64,000 bases of DNA from Rhynchopus sp. YZ270_cl-10 (Eukaryota). This document shows, one piece after another, positions 47,101 through 60,216 of this stretch. Each line of letters opens with the position of its first letter. Position 1 is the stretch's first letter. The position numbers and the translations under genes are program-made. The DNA lies in the NCBI GenBank assembly GCA_964035575.1, contig OZ037834.1, positions 1,674,001 to 1,738,000 on the forward strand, given 5' to 3'. A model generated the notes under the pieces. It was not told where the DNA came from and made no database searches. It saw nothing but the letters and a program-made list of their open reading frames with translations.

Positions 47101-50100
47101 GATCCCCGTTGTGTGCATCGATCTCAGAGGTGTCATCGTCCGTTGGAACCATGCCGCTGCAGAAGCCTTTGGATACAGCGCAAAGGAGACTCTCAACCAC
47201 AACGTCAAGATGCTCATGAAGCCGGAGGTCGCTGAGTGCCACGACCAATACCTGGAGAAGTTCAAGCGCACCCCGTGTGGGAAGTCGAAGCTGGTAGGCA
47301 CCGGGACAAAGATCACTCAAGTGGCGGTGCGCAAGAATGGAACGCAGTTCTCAGTCGAATTCTTCCTCGAGGAGGTGCGTCTCGGGCAGGATACTGTCCT
47401 CATCGCGAATCTGCGTGATGTAACGGATGAGTTCAAGATCCAGCAGATCATCTCTGTTCATGAGACCATCATCCAGACCACACCCATCCCGTTGATCGTG
47501 GCCAACACGCTTGGCATCATCCAAAAGATCTCTCCTGCAGCAGAGCGTGAGTTGGGGTGGAAGATGGCAGACCTAGTGGGGCAGAACATCACCGCCATCC
47601 AGGAAGACGAGATCGCGGCCCGTCACGACCAGATCCTTGCGACCTACATGAAGACAGGGAAGAAGAACATCATAGGCTCGACACGCAAGGTCAAGGTGAA
47701 GCGGAAGAACGGTGTTGTCTACACTGCAGCCATTCATGTACGCGATGTGGTGAGCAAGGAGGACAATGTGAAGTTCCCGCCTGTCTTCATTGGGTATCTG
47801 GTGAACCAGACGGAGGAGAACCGGAAGGATGACCTGCGGAACATTGCCTTGGCGACAATTGCGTTGTGCCAGCATCCGGTTATTGTGTCGAACAACGAAG
47901 GTGTCATTGAAATTTTCTCCAAGTCAGCAAGCGAAGTGACCGGCTACGCGAGCGAAGAGGCAGTGGGGCGCAACGTCACGCTCATACAGCCTCTCGAGGC
48001 CGCAGAGAAGCACCCGGGCTACATCGAGCACTATCTGCAAACCGGCGAGCCACGCGTCCTTGGCAAGACAATAGAGGTCCCCGTCAAACGCAGGAACGAC
48101 ACCATCATCACCTGCACCATCGAGGTGCAGGAGCTGCGCACAAAGTACGGACACAAATTCATTGCACAAATGGTCGACATCTCCACAGCGCTTGAAGCAG
48201 AGAAAATCAACAAAATTGTGTCCGTGGTGATTGCCCTGTGTCCCGTCGCATTGATCTGCATCAATGCGTCGGGGCAAATCCGTATCTTCTCCGAAGCAGC
48301 GTGCAAGCTGTTCGGGTGGGAGCAGGAGGACATCATGTACAAGAATGTGAAGGTGCTCATGCAGGAGGAGGTTGCAGAGCAGCATGACGAGGTCCTGCTG
48401 CGCTACAAAAACACCCGCAAGCAGAAGATCCTAAACACCACACAGCACCTGCCTGCACAGCGCAAGGACAACTCGCAGTTCACCGCCGAGCTGCAGGTGA
48501 GTGAGTTCATGCAGGACAGCGAATCCTTCTTTGTTGGCTTCATTACCGACTTCACTTCGCACAAAGCCTTTCTCATAGAGAGCATGATCGCGAAGTCTGT
48601 GATGCAGGGATCACGCAGTGGTATTATCAGCATCAACAGAGTGGGCATCATCGGGTTGATGTCGCAGGCAGCACGCGAGATCTTTGGGTGCAAGGAGGGT
48701 GAGCTTGAGGGACAGAACATCAAGATCCTCATGCCAAGCCAGATCGCAGATCACCATGACGGCTACCTCAAGAAGTACATGAAGACAGGGATCAAAACCG
48801 TAGTCGGTGACGACTTCGTGACTGTCGCGAAGAAGCTCTCGGGTAAGGAGTTCTCCATCACGCTTTCGATCCGCGAGACGCTTCTGACCTCACTCAGTGG
48901 TGCGAAGTACGAGGCCTTTGTGGGCTACCTCACTGACAACTCTTCGCAGTGCATGATCCAGGAGAACACCATCCTCAACGAGGCGTCGGAGGGCCTCGCG
49001 TACTTCCCTATCGTGGTCATCACCATTACCGGGAAGATTGTCAGCTTCAACAAACACGCATGCAACACCTTTGGCTTCAAGGAGGAGGAGGCCGTCGGGT
49101 CGAACGTCAAAATGATCCTCCCACCCGAGATCGCAGAACACCACGACGGCTACCTCGCGCGATACAAGAAGACAAAGGTAAAGCACATCATCGACTCTTC
49201 GCGCAAGGTGACCGGCATGAAGAAGGACGGCACACTGTTCCCCATTGAGGTCTTCGTGCGCGAGGTTGTGCAAGACGGGAAGGCAACGTACTATGGAAAC
49301 ATCCACGACATCTCAGAGCAGCTTGCCATCGAATTCGCAAAGGAGGTGATGGACACAGTGCTGATGCAGTCGAACCAGCCTATCATCTCCATCGACGAGT
49401 GGGGGAAGGTGCTCTGCTACAACAGACGCGCGCAGGCTGTGTTCGAGTACAACGAGAGGGAGGTTATGGGGAAGAACATTAAGATGCTGCAGCCACAGGC
49501 AGTGGCTGATGCGCATGACGAATACCTCGCGGCTTATAAGCGGACTGGTATTGCAAAGGTTGTGAACACGGTGCGCACGGTGACGGGGAAGCGGAAGAAC
49601 GGACGCCCCGTGGGTGTGACGCTGAACGTGAAAGAGCTCTTCTGTGAGGAAAAGCGGGTGTACGTGGGCTTCCTCATTGACGACGAAGAGGAGCGTGCTG
49701 CTAAGCAACAGGAGCTTGCGGGCAAGGCGCTGCTGAAGGGCATGCTCACACCCTGCCTCCGCATCACACACCTGGGCGAAATCGTACAGGCCTCTGACTC
49801 CGTCGCCATCTGCTTCGGTTATTCCGAGGAGGAGCTCCTCACCATGAACGTCAAAGAGCTCCAACACCCCGAGATCGCAGAGAAGCACGACGGCTACCTT
49901 GCACGTTACCTCAAAACAGGCGTGCAGCACGTCCTCAAGCAGGAAAGCCGCACCACAGGGCGGAGACGCGATGGCACAATCTTCCACTGCCTCATCTCCG
50001 TCAAAGAGATTGCGACAAAGAACGCCAAGGAGCCGTTCTTCGTCGGCTTTGTGAAGGACCTCACGAACGAGCTGAAGAGCGCACAGCAACACAACATACT

Positions 50101-53100
50101 CAAGAAGATCCAAGACATCTCCGTGGGAAGCCTGTTCGAGATGGACGAGGCCGGCATCCTGCGTGGCATGAACGCCTCTGCAGAGGCTCTCTTTGGCTAC
50201 ACCAAGGCAGAGCTCGTTGGGAAGAAGGTCAACACCATCCAACCCGACGAGATCGCAGAAGTGCACGACCGCTACCTCGAGGAGTACAAGAAGAACAAAG
50301 TGCGGCACATCATCGGGAAGGAGCAGCTCCTCAAGGGAAAGGCCAAGTCGGGGAAGCTCCTGAACGTCTTCGTTGACGTGCGTGAGATTACCGTGAATGG
50401 CTTCCCGTCGACGTACGTCTCTTTCATCCGCGATGCTGACGTAGCCCTGGAGGCTGCAAAGATGGACAAGGTTATTGAGGTGTCAATTGCGTCGTTCCCC
50501 TTCCCGTGTGTGATCTGCTCCACCACAGGCGACATAGAGAGCTGCTCAAACTCCTTCAAAACTGTGTTCGAATGCGAGTCCCCTATTTCGATGAACATCA
50601 AGGAGTTCATGCCTGTGGAGACAGCACTGAACCACGACGGCTACTTGCAGGCGTACCGCAACACCGGCAAGCAGACCGTCATGAATAAGTTCACAAAACT
50701 GTCTGGTCTCTCGTTCACAAGCAAGGTTATCCCCATTGAGTCGTGGATCACTGAGGTGAAGGTCGAGACCGAACATAAGCTCATTGGGTACCTCCGCGAT
50801 ATGACACCAGAGCTGCTTCAGAAGAAACACGGCCTGTTTACAGAGCACGTTGCACAGTGTGCGCCTGTTGGGATGCTGTGCATCAACAGCGTGGGCGAGG
50901 TTCTTAAGGAAAACATCGCTGCCCTGAAGCTCATTGGGCGGTCTGTGGTGGGGACGAACGTGCGGGAGATCATGCCTGAGCCATACAGGTCGGAGCACAG
51001 CGGGTACCTGCAGCACTACATGGACACAAAGGAGAAGCGGGTGATTGGGAAGACAACGTTGGTGTCCTTGCTGAACGAACAGGGCAAGCAGATTCGCGTG
51101 TCGCTGATGGTGTCCGAGATTGATTTGAACATCTCGGACCCGGTGTTCCTTGGGTCGTTGACGGACTTATCAGATTCGGACTACATGGACTATCTCGAGA
51201 AGTTCAATGCTGGTGTTGAGTCGCTTGTGAACGAAGCTGTCCTCTGCATCGACCTCTCAGGTCGTGTGCTCCGCTTCAACGTGCGTGCCGAAGAGATATT
51301 CGGCTACCGCAGCGACGAGGTGCTCGGGAACAACATAAAAATGCTCCTGAGCAAGGACATCGCAGACAAGCACGATGGCTACCTCGAGCGCTTCAACCAG
51401 GTATGTCTTTTCCTGCGCTTCAATGGTGTCATTTTCCCCCTAGTTTTTTTCTGCCCGGATTAGCGACTCAGGGATGCTCCATTACCTCTCCCACTGCAAA
51501 ACGGGCAGACGCCCTGCATCACGCAGACTTAATTAACCTGCGTTTCCAATAATCCCTGATCAGAGAGAAAAACGGATTTCTGATTTTAGTGCCACGTGGC
51601 GACATCTGTTTTGAGGTTTTTATTTCATTTTATCACTATTTTACAGAGTCGTGCTTCAGCTACAGGGTTGCTGGATACCTACAGGGAAGGTGTTGCGGTG
51701 ACGAAGGACGGAAAAGAATTTAACGCAGTAGTCCGAGTTGTGGTATGCAGCTTTTACCCCCCCCCCCCCCCCCTAGGCATAGTGTGCAGACGAACATTTT
51801 TGGTTCGTCGACGAACAAAATGTTCGTCGGTTTTGTTCGTCGATGTTCGTCGACGAACATCGACGAACATCGACGAGCAGGTCCCTGCCACAAGGGCAAC
51901 CCACGACGAACAACGACGAACATCGACGAACAACGACGAACATCGACGAACATCGACGAACACTTTTTTTTTTTCCCCCCACGACGAACATCGACGAACA
52001 TTTTGTTCGTCTGCACACTATGCCTAGGGGGTTCCACCAAGGGCGTTTTGCTGTCCAAAACCCATTTTTTTGAAATTTCGGTGAAGAAACCCACTAAAAT
52101 GGGCGTGCCTGGCCGCAAATCGCCCTGGGGATCACCCATATATCCCAATAAACCACCTGACGACCTTCACAGAGCATTTCTTGTCTAAAAAAAATCGATT
52201 TTTTGTGAAAAAAAGCCCCAAAACTGCGTAACGCTCGCGTCACGCTTGGTGACCAAAATTTTACACTTGCCAAGAAATTTCTCCAATCAGACAAAACTCC
52301 TTCTGAACACCCGAAAAACACTTCAGTCCACATCTTCTGGGGTCCCGGGGTGGAAATGTATAGTTTTTGCAGCTTTCAGGGGTCCTGGGAGGGTCCCAGA
52401 CGTATTCATGAGGGTCGGAACCGCTTATAATGCCCGAATTTACCTCTTTTTTAGGGTGCTTTTTCACCTTAAAAATTCAAAAAAAAGTGCTCAGACAATC
52501 ACAGAAGTGTCCAAACCCCCTCGGAACTACTCGCCAGACCCCCTGCGGGGTGGAGAATCGTATTTGCGATCACTTTTTGGGCCATTTTGCCCAAAATAAC
52601 CCCATGTTACACTTTTGTTACACTTGCCCCAAAATAGGGTATTTTGGCCTATTTTGGGACAAGTGGGACAAAAGTGGGACACGGGGTTATTTTGGGCAAA
52701 ATAGCCCAAAAAGTGATCGCAAATACGATTCTCCACCCCGCAGGGGGTCTGGCGAGTAGTTCCGAGGGGTTTTGGACACTTCTGTGATTGTCTGAGCACT
52801 TTTTTTTGAATTTTTAAGGTGAAAAAGCACCCTAAAAAAGAGGTAAATTCGGGCATTATAAGCGGTTCCGACCCTCATGAATACGCCTGGGACCCTCCCA
52901 GGACCCCTGAAAGCTGCAAAAACTATACATTTCCACCCTGGGACCCCAGAAGATGTGGACTGAGGTGTTTTTCGGGCGTTTAGAAGGAGTTTTGTCTGAT
53001 TGGAGAAATTTCTTGGCAAGTGTTAAATTTTGGTCACCAAGCGTGACGCAAACGTGACGCAATTTTGGGGTGTTTTTTCACAAAAAATCGATTTTTTTGA

Positions 53101-53858
53101 GACAAGAAATGCTCTGTGAAGGTCGTCAGGTGGTTTATTGGGATATATGGGTGATCCCCAGGGCGATTTGCGGCCAGGCACGCCCATTTTAGTGGGTTTC
53201 TTCACCGAAATTTCAAAAAAATGGGTTTTGGACAGCAAGTCCTTAAGGATTTCCTTATACGTGGAACCCCCTACCCCCCCCCCCCCCCTTTCTTTTGTAC
53301 ACGTCAAGGCACACTCATCTTCCAAGTTTTTTTGATGTGTACATTCTGATGTCAAGACTTCAATTTGGTTGTTGCCGCGCAACTGCTGGTAACATTCCCT
53401 TTCCTTCGTGGGGTTTGCACTTCTCCACTTGGCTCCCTTAATTTAGGTGACTAAGCATGAGAGGCTTAAAGGGGGGTTGACCTGGTATTACACGACGGTG
53501 AAGTATGTTACATTACAAGTGAAGTTACTCGTATCGTTACAAGTGAAAAACCGTTACAAGTACGTTACATGTACCACCTGATTTTGCCTGAAATTAAGTG
53601 AAGTTCAGTGGTTTTTGGTGGTGGTCATGTAACATTACATGTAACCCACTTGTAACACCCGTTACTTCACCGTCGTGTAGTTGTAGTATTCGTTTTCAAG
53701 AAAGTTCTGTTGATGCGAATACACTGGTTCAGTGGAATCGCGTGGTTACTGACAAAACCACATATTCCTCAATATATCGCAACACACCACAGGAAACCCA
53801 GCTAGAAGGCACTAAGGATGTCTGCGTCCTTCTGGGGTTCGTCATGCCAACAACCTAA
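41105..53858 (+). CDS. Giant TmcB-like polytopic membrane protein with 13 C-terminal FixL-type PAS domains; exons 41105-43549, 43800-43859, 43994-51400, 51647-51742, 53793-53858 (~3357 aa)
   Basis: N-terminal multi-TM block, a TmcB-type helical region (KGLCKFPRSGVVRFQYITFL), several TM-loop-TM modules, then 13 PAS repeats (G.I...N.AA...FGY...E..G.NVK.LMP......HD.YL..Y..TG). All four introns are GTATG..CAG, phase 0. The last exon, ETQLEGTKDVCVLLGFVMPTT*, completes PAS 13. Confidence 0.9.
51776..52024. mobile_element. TA-flanked MITE with internal ACGAACATCG repeats
   Basis: TIR GGCATAGTGTGCAGACGAACA ... TGTTCGTCTGCACACTATGCC with TA on both sides. It directly abuts the foldback element to its right. 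Confidence 0.85.
52025..53273. mobile_element. 1.25-kb foldback element (about 600-bp inverted arms, almost no spacer)
   Basis: Ends TAGGGGGTTCCAC ... GTGGAACCCCCTA. ~52047-52640 is a close reverse complement of ~52650-53238; mirror-image ORFs appear on both strands in the ORF track. Confidence 0.92.
53491..53677. mobile_element. TA-flanked MITE with internal GTTACA repeats
   Basis: TA-CACGACGGTGAAGTA ... TACTTCACCGTCGTG-TA. Confidence 0.82.
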
Positions 53859-54793
53859 GGGGACGAATCAGGGGTTTTGGGATCAGGGCCATTTCTCAAA
53901 GTACGTTCAGACCAGTGCGCAGTGGTGCGAAGTGAAGACACCGCAGAGCGAGTATCACTGTAGGCTATGTGAGGTGGATAGGGGTGTGTACCTATTGACC
54001 ACATCCCGAAAAGGGGGTCCGGGGAAGTGGGCGGGTGCGGACACAGTTATTTCCATGGCGTGTCCCCACCCACCCCCTTTCCCTCAGTGTGCTTTTGGAT
54101 TTGGTACATTTGGATGGCTTTCGTTTTTTCATATTTTTTAGGAAAATATGTGTATGCACGAGGCAGCTGTCAATTTTTTTTTAAAGGTACACTGTCACGA
54201 GAGGGCTTTGTATTTCAAGTCAAGTTTAATTTTTTTTTTTTTTTTGTGCAAAAGCCTTCGGAATGAGAGGGCCGCAAATTCAGGTCCCATGAAAAGTTGG
54301 GAATATTTTTGTTGATCCCTATACCTACGCTCTCAATTTATTGAATGCATCTGTTGAAATACTTTTTTGTTCCTTACGCGCAGTGTGGGCTGCGTTCAAC
54401 GAAAATAATCTTCCCTGACATAGTCGTGTTATTAAGACCAGGTGGCGACCGTAAAAGTCCGGTTTTGACCCCAGTCGTCCCAGGAGGTAACCGCCCCCTT
54501 TTAACGAATTCACCCCAGCGGAGACTGCAACGTTTAGTACATTCATGCCATACCTGGTGTTTTTTTTTTATAAACGTTGCGCAAAAAAAAAAAAACGCGA
54601 ATGTGAGAACAAAGTCTGATTTTAAAGTCAGGTATATTTATGCATGAAGGCTTAAGTTCATCCCGACAACCTTTTTTTCCCCTTCTTTTTTTGAAAAAAG
54701 AAACGTGGGTACTTTTTGTTCTGTTTTTTTTTTGTTTTCCCCCAAAACTACCGACCACCACTATCACCACTTTGTTTTAGACATGAGATATAT

Positions 54794-57384
54794 CAGCCAT
54801 TCCATGAAAAACCGTATACAAAACCCCTGTTATTGGTAAAAATACTAGACAACTTCTACTCCACTAATCTTTTCGATTTTTTTTTTATTTGAAAGCGCCG
54901 AGCTCGGATATTCACACTAGCGCATTTTCGACAACAAAAAAATACTTTATATTTCCGCAAACGATGTCGTCTGTGGCCACATAATTTTAACAGGGCCCCA
55001 GGCAGGGCGCGCGCTAACTTTTCGGAAATTTCCCGAAAAAATGGATATCGGGTCCAAAAAAATGTACCTACAGGAAGTATGTGCAGGGGGGCAGAAAAAT
55101 CAGGGTCATGTTACATTTCCGAGAAAATCCCGGGCTGTGGTGGGGGATATACGGAAAAATGGACAAAATTTTGGTGACTTAAATTTTCACAAAATATGAA
55201 CCCATACTCGTAAACAAGGGTCATTTTCAGGTCTTTCGGACAGCCAGTACACAGTACACAGTACACAGTACACAGTACCCATTACCGTGACTTCACCGGA
55301 AAACACCGGCAAACATGGTCAAAATCAGGTGGAATATACATAAGTACATCATGGGGGGTAGGGAACAGGTAGCGCCGCAGGCGCACGGTACCCAACTTTT
55401 TTCTTTTTTCTTTCCCCTTTTCTCTGCTTTCTTTTGATTGCGCGAGCCGATTGCTCTCCACGGTGGGGTCACATGTGTGTCCAAAAACTATCTGAAGTGC
55501 CCTTACTGTACAATATGGGATTCTCTGATTTTCTTAAGGAAATCGTGTAAGGGCACGGTAATTTTTATTTTTGGTAAGCGTCTGCGTGCGTACTTTTTTT
55601 TTGAGATTCCAGGGAAAAAAATTATGTAGAAAAAAAAATTATAAAGGGGGGCCCTCAATAACTCAACTATGTATTTTAGGTAAAAAATGTACATTTTTCA
55701 GCGCAAATTGACCCCATCACAGCACACACAGACTCCCGAGAGCCGAAATCAAAAAAAATTTCCCCCGATTTTTTGTGGGCAAAAATTGGTGGGAAAATAT
55801 TTTTGGTACCTGTATTTCCCCCACTGTAATTTTCCCCTACCTACCCCCCCCCGTGTATATGTCCGGACCCATTTTGATGTGTGTATGTCCGGGACTTTCT
55901 GAAAATTTTCCGGACATATACACAGGTACAGGTGTATATGTCCGTGTGAGAGGTAAAAATCTGCCTTAAGGTGTACCTCCGCGAGCGAAGCGAGCGGGAA
56001 AAATTTTAAGGTGTACCTCCGCGAGCGTAGCGAGCGGAAAATTTTTTGAAGGTGTACCTCCGCGAGCGAAGCGAGCGAGAACAAATTTTAAGGTGTACCT
56101 CCGCGAGCGCAGGGTTACGCGTTCTTTGTATGTACCTACGGCTTGTGACTCACCGGTGGCTACAAAGCTATCAAGGCTGCACAGAGGAGGAGAGGCCTGG
56201 TGGCGGGATGGTTCACAACCGCCCCCTCTCGTATTTGACCCATTTTCCCCCTTCTTCAACCCCATCCCCCGAAAAACCCTCTCCGAAAACATGAGGGGAG
56301 ATGCCCCGCCAACGCACCGGCCGGAAAGCTCGGAATGGGTTTTTGCCACTGTACACTGTATACACTGAACTGTGCATATGTCCGGGATGTGTATATGTCC
56401 GAAAACATGTGTATATGTCCGAGCCTCGGCCAACACGGACATATGCACAGGACATATACACGGGGGGGGGTAGGTATAATTTTTTTCACCACTCATAATT
56501 TTTTTTTACTGCATAATTTTTTTTTGCGTGCGTGCGTACTTTTTTTTGAGAAGTGGTCTGACGCTTACCAAGAAAAAAAATTACCGTGCCCTAATCAAAA
56601 AATTTTTGTACCGCGAAAAAACCTCGAAAAAACCGGGTGTGAGGGTGTGGATTTAGCGCGCGCCCTGGCCCCAGGTCCCCAAAAAAATTATTTTTTCTCT
56701 TTTTTTGGAAGATCGGGTACGAAATCTTTCAATTCCGGGGTCGGACGATTTTTTTTATGCATCTGTTGATGTCTATTATTTTTTGGGCAGTTCTTAGGCG
56801 GAAGGTACCTACTAGGAAGTGCCTTATGGTGACCCTTTTACAGAGGAATTCCTCTATATTTTAAGGCCACGCTTTCGTCAAAAAATAAATTGCCCAAGCA
56901 CGCGTTTGAAAGATGCATTGCAATATCTTGCAATTCCGGGGTCGTACGACCAACGGGTAGACGCAGAAGGCGACCAGGGTACTACCGTATACCAGCGGCG
57001 AACACCCCATTTTCCAAGGTAATTTACCCTGCTATTTATAGCTATAGTGCAAAATTACCCATGGTAAAAAAAGTAGACAACTTCTACTCCACTAATCTTC
57101 TCGATTTTTTTTAATGAAAAGCGCCGAGCTCGGAAATTCACACTAGCGGGGTTTTGGGGGGTTTTTGTGACTGCGAAATTGTTGAGATCACTGGGAGAGC
57201 CGGACCCCAAAGCTCTCCCACACATCCTCGGATGGTATTTTTTTTTTATTTTTTTTTGAAAAAAATATTCTCAGATCCGGGGAGTCAAAATGAATCAAAT
57301 GCGGGGTCGCACGATAAAAAATTTGCATCTGGGTTCTCTGAGTGACTTTTTTGCAAAAGTATACGGATTTTCATGGAATGGCTG
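54794..57384. mobile_element. 2.6-kb composite non-autonomous TIR element with nested insertions
   Basis: TIR CAGCCATTCCATGAAAAACCGTATAC ... GTATACGGATTTTCATGGAATGGCTG with ATAT flanks. Internal direct repeat TAGACAACTTCTACTCCACTAATCT...GCGCCGAGCTCGGA at ~54845 and ~57074. Confidence 0.82.
55838..56476. mobile_element. Nested MITE containing four ~41-bp tandem repeats
   Basis: TIR TACCTACCCCCCCCCGTGTATATGTCC ... GGACATATACACGGGGGGGGGTAGGTA. AAGGTGTACCTCCGCGAGCG units start at 55968, 56008, 56049 and 56090. Confidence 0.8.
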
Positions 57385-58132
57385 ATATAGAAGTCCTTTT
57401 TTCAACTCTCCCCCTTTTCATAACATAAGCTCCGTATATGAGTTGCAGCACTCATTCCCCCCTCCCTTTTTTTTTCCTTTCACGCGGAGTGTCAGTGCCT
57501 GCGTCCCAGAGGCGTTTTGCACTATCAACTTCACTTTCTTTTGATGATGTGCACGAGAGGGCACATGCATCTTTCAATTTTTCTCCTTTTTTTTTTCTCT
57601 TCCCTCCCCCTATTTACAGACGGTGCCTTCTACTCATTCTCACCGTTTTAGGGCTTTTGCATTTCATTTGTTTAATTTCCTATATTGTTCGATAAACAAT
57701 AAAAGGCTTAGGGTCATCTCACTGCCCGCACTAAACCTCTGACCAGTCATTTTTTTTTTTTTTTCATTTACCCTCTTTTTTTTCTGAGTTTTGTTAAATC
57801 TGATAAGGGTAGTGTAACTTTTTCGGTCTGTTACCGTTATTTTGGTGTTAGAAAAATCCGGCGGGCGGCGGAGAAAAAAAAGTTATGAAGAAAAAAAAGT
57901 TTTACCAGGGGGAAAAAAGTTATGAAGAGATTTTCTTACATTTTTCCAGAGTTTTCTTCACAGCAAAATCCTTATTTTCGTGACGTGTATCTTGTTTTCT
58001 GTTACGTGTAGCATTTTGTGTCTTCTCATTATCATGTTGCCTGGGTACCTAGGTTCCTGGACACCGGGTGCCTGGTTCCCAGAATGTCTGGGTACCAGAA
58101 AGTTAGAGGTACTACAGTGTGCACAGTGCACA

Positions 58133-58880
58133 GTGTACTGTGTACTGTGTACTGTGTACTGTGTACTGTGTACTGTGTACTGTGTACTGTGTACTGTGTA
58201 CTGTGTACTGTGTACTGTGTACTGTGTACTGTGTACTGTGTACTGTGTACTGTGTACTGTGTACTGTGTACTGTGTACTGTGTACTGTGTACTGTGTACT
58301 GTGTACTGTGTACTGTGTACTGTGTACTGTGTACTGTGTACTGTGTACTGTGTACTGTGTACTGTGTACTGTGTACTGTGTACTGTGTACTGTGTACTGT
58401 GTACTGTGTACTGTGTACTGTGTACTGTGTACTGTGTACTGTGTACTGTGTACTGTGTACTGTGTACTGTGTACTGTGTACTGTGTACTGTGTACTGTGT
58501 ACTGTGTACTGTGTACTGTGTACTGTGTACTGTGTACTGTGTACTGTGTACTGTGTACTGTGTACTGTGTACTGTGTACTGTGTACTGTGTACTGTGTAC
58601 TGTGTACTGTGTACTGTGTACTGTGTACTGTGTACTGTGTACTGTGTACTGTGTACTGTGTACTGTGTACTGTGTACTGTGTACTGTGTACTGTGTACTG
58701 TGTACTGTGTACTGTGTACTGTGTACTGTGTACTGTGTACTGTGTACTGTGTACTGTGTACTGTGTACTGTGTACTGTGTACTGTGTACTGTGTACTGTG
58801 TACTGTGTACTGTGTACTGTGTACTGTGTACTGTGTACTGTGTACTGTGTACTGTGTACTGTGTACTGTGTACTGTGTAC
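58133..58880. repeat. Perfect (TGTGTAC)n heptamer array, ~107 units
   Basis: Uninterrupted tandem repeat visible directly in the sequence. Confidence 0.98.
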
Positions 58881-59570
58881 AGAGTCCGCGGAACACCCCC
58901 GTTCACCCCGTCCCGGACGGGGGTCAATTATTTTCCAAAAACCGACCCCCGTCCCAAACCCCCGTCCAGGGACGGGGGTTTTGGATTTTTTTTGGGGGGG
59001 GAGGAGGGGCCCATATTATGGGGAATTTTTTGAGATACCATCGAGCCGGACTCAATTGGTCAAACGTCGAAGGAAAAGGAAGCACGCAGCACGGCGAAAG
59101 GAAAAAAGTAGAGTACCGTGCGCCTGCGGCGCAAGCCTGCATCACACCATTCCCGTGACATTGTTTGCCTGTAAAAATGTACAATTTTAAGCGCATTTTT
59201 TTTGAAATGTTGCGTACCGTGGCTTCGCTTGGAACCTTTGGGTGACATACCGCCGTTTCTTTTGTAAAAAAAACTGAGGTTACTGATAATTCGTGCACCA
59301 TGTGTGCCTGGTGCAAATATCAATAAAGTGCCGAACTCCGCCGACCGAGCAATTCTCACATTCCGCCGGAGGCCCCCAACTTGAGCTGGGGTGGGGACCC
59401 GGGCGCGCGAAGCGCGCCCGGGCTCGACCGAGTTTTGATCTTCTTCTTCCTGTGACTAGCTTGTCAGCGGAGAAAGCTCGGGAGAGGTTTTTTTTTTTTT
59501 TGTTTTTTGGGCGGGACGGGGGTTGGAAGGGGGTGCATAATTAATTTTCGGGGGAGGTCCGCGGGCTCTG

Positions 59571-60216
59571 ACTGTGTACTGTGTACTGTGTACTGTGTAC
59601 TGTGTACTGTGTACTGTGTACTGTGTACTGTGTACTGTGTACTGTGTACTGTGTACTGTGTACTGTGTACTGTGTACTGTGTACTGTGTACTGTGTACTG
59701 TGTACTGTGTACTGTGTACTGTGTACTGTGTACTGTGTACTGTGTACTGTGTACTGTGTACTGTGTACTGTGTACTGTGTACTGTGTACTGTGTACTGTG
59801 TACTGTGTACTGTGTACTGTGTACTGTGTACTGTGTACTGTGTACTGTGTACTGTGTACTGTGTACTGTGTACTGTGTACTGTGTACTGTGTACTGTGTA
59901 CTGTGTACTGTGTACTGTGTACTGTGTACTGTGTACTGTGTACTGTGTACTGTGTACTGTGTACTGTGTACTGTGTACTGTGTACTGTGTACTGTGTACT
60001 GTGTACTGTGTACTGTGTACTGTGTACTGTGTACTGTGTACTGTGTACTGTGTACTGTGTACTGTGTACTGTGTACTGTGTACTGTGTACTGTGTACTGT
60101 GTACTGTGTACTGTGTACTGTGTACTGTGTACTGTGTACTGTGTACTGTGTACTGTGTACTGTGTACTGTGTACTGTGTACTGTGTACTGTGTACTGTGT
60201 ACTGTGTACTGTGTAC
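59571..60216. repeat. Perfect (TGTGTAC)n heptamer array, ~92 units
   Basis: Uninterrupted tandem repeat in the same orientation as the first array. Confidence 0.98.

Noticed and set aside
40892..51463. Treating ORFs 40892-43636 and 43985-51463 as two genes
   Set aside because: Phase-0 GTATG..CAG introns and a 60-nt bridging exon join them, and both ORF ends run into intron-like sequence.
57620..57741. Alternative last exon for the PAS gene (TVPSTHSHRFRAF...)
   Set aside because: 53793-53858 is nearer, has the typical AC-rich acceptor and supplies the expected final PAS strand (LLGFV).
58133..60216. Possible CRISPR array or telomere
   Set aside because: There are no spacers, the context is eukaryotic, and the arrays are internal, enclosed by TIRs and not G-run telomeric repeats.
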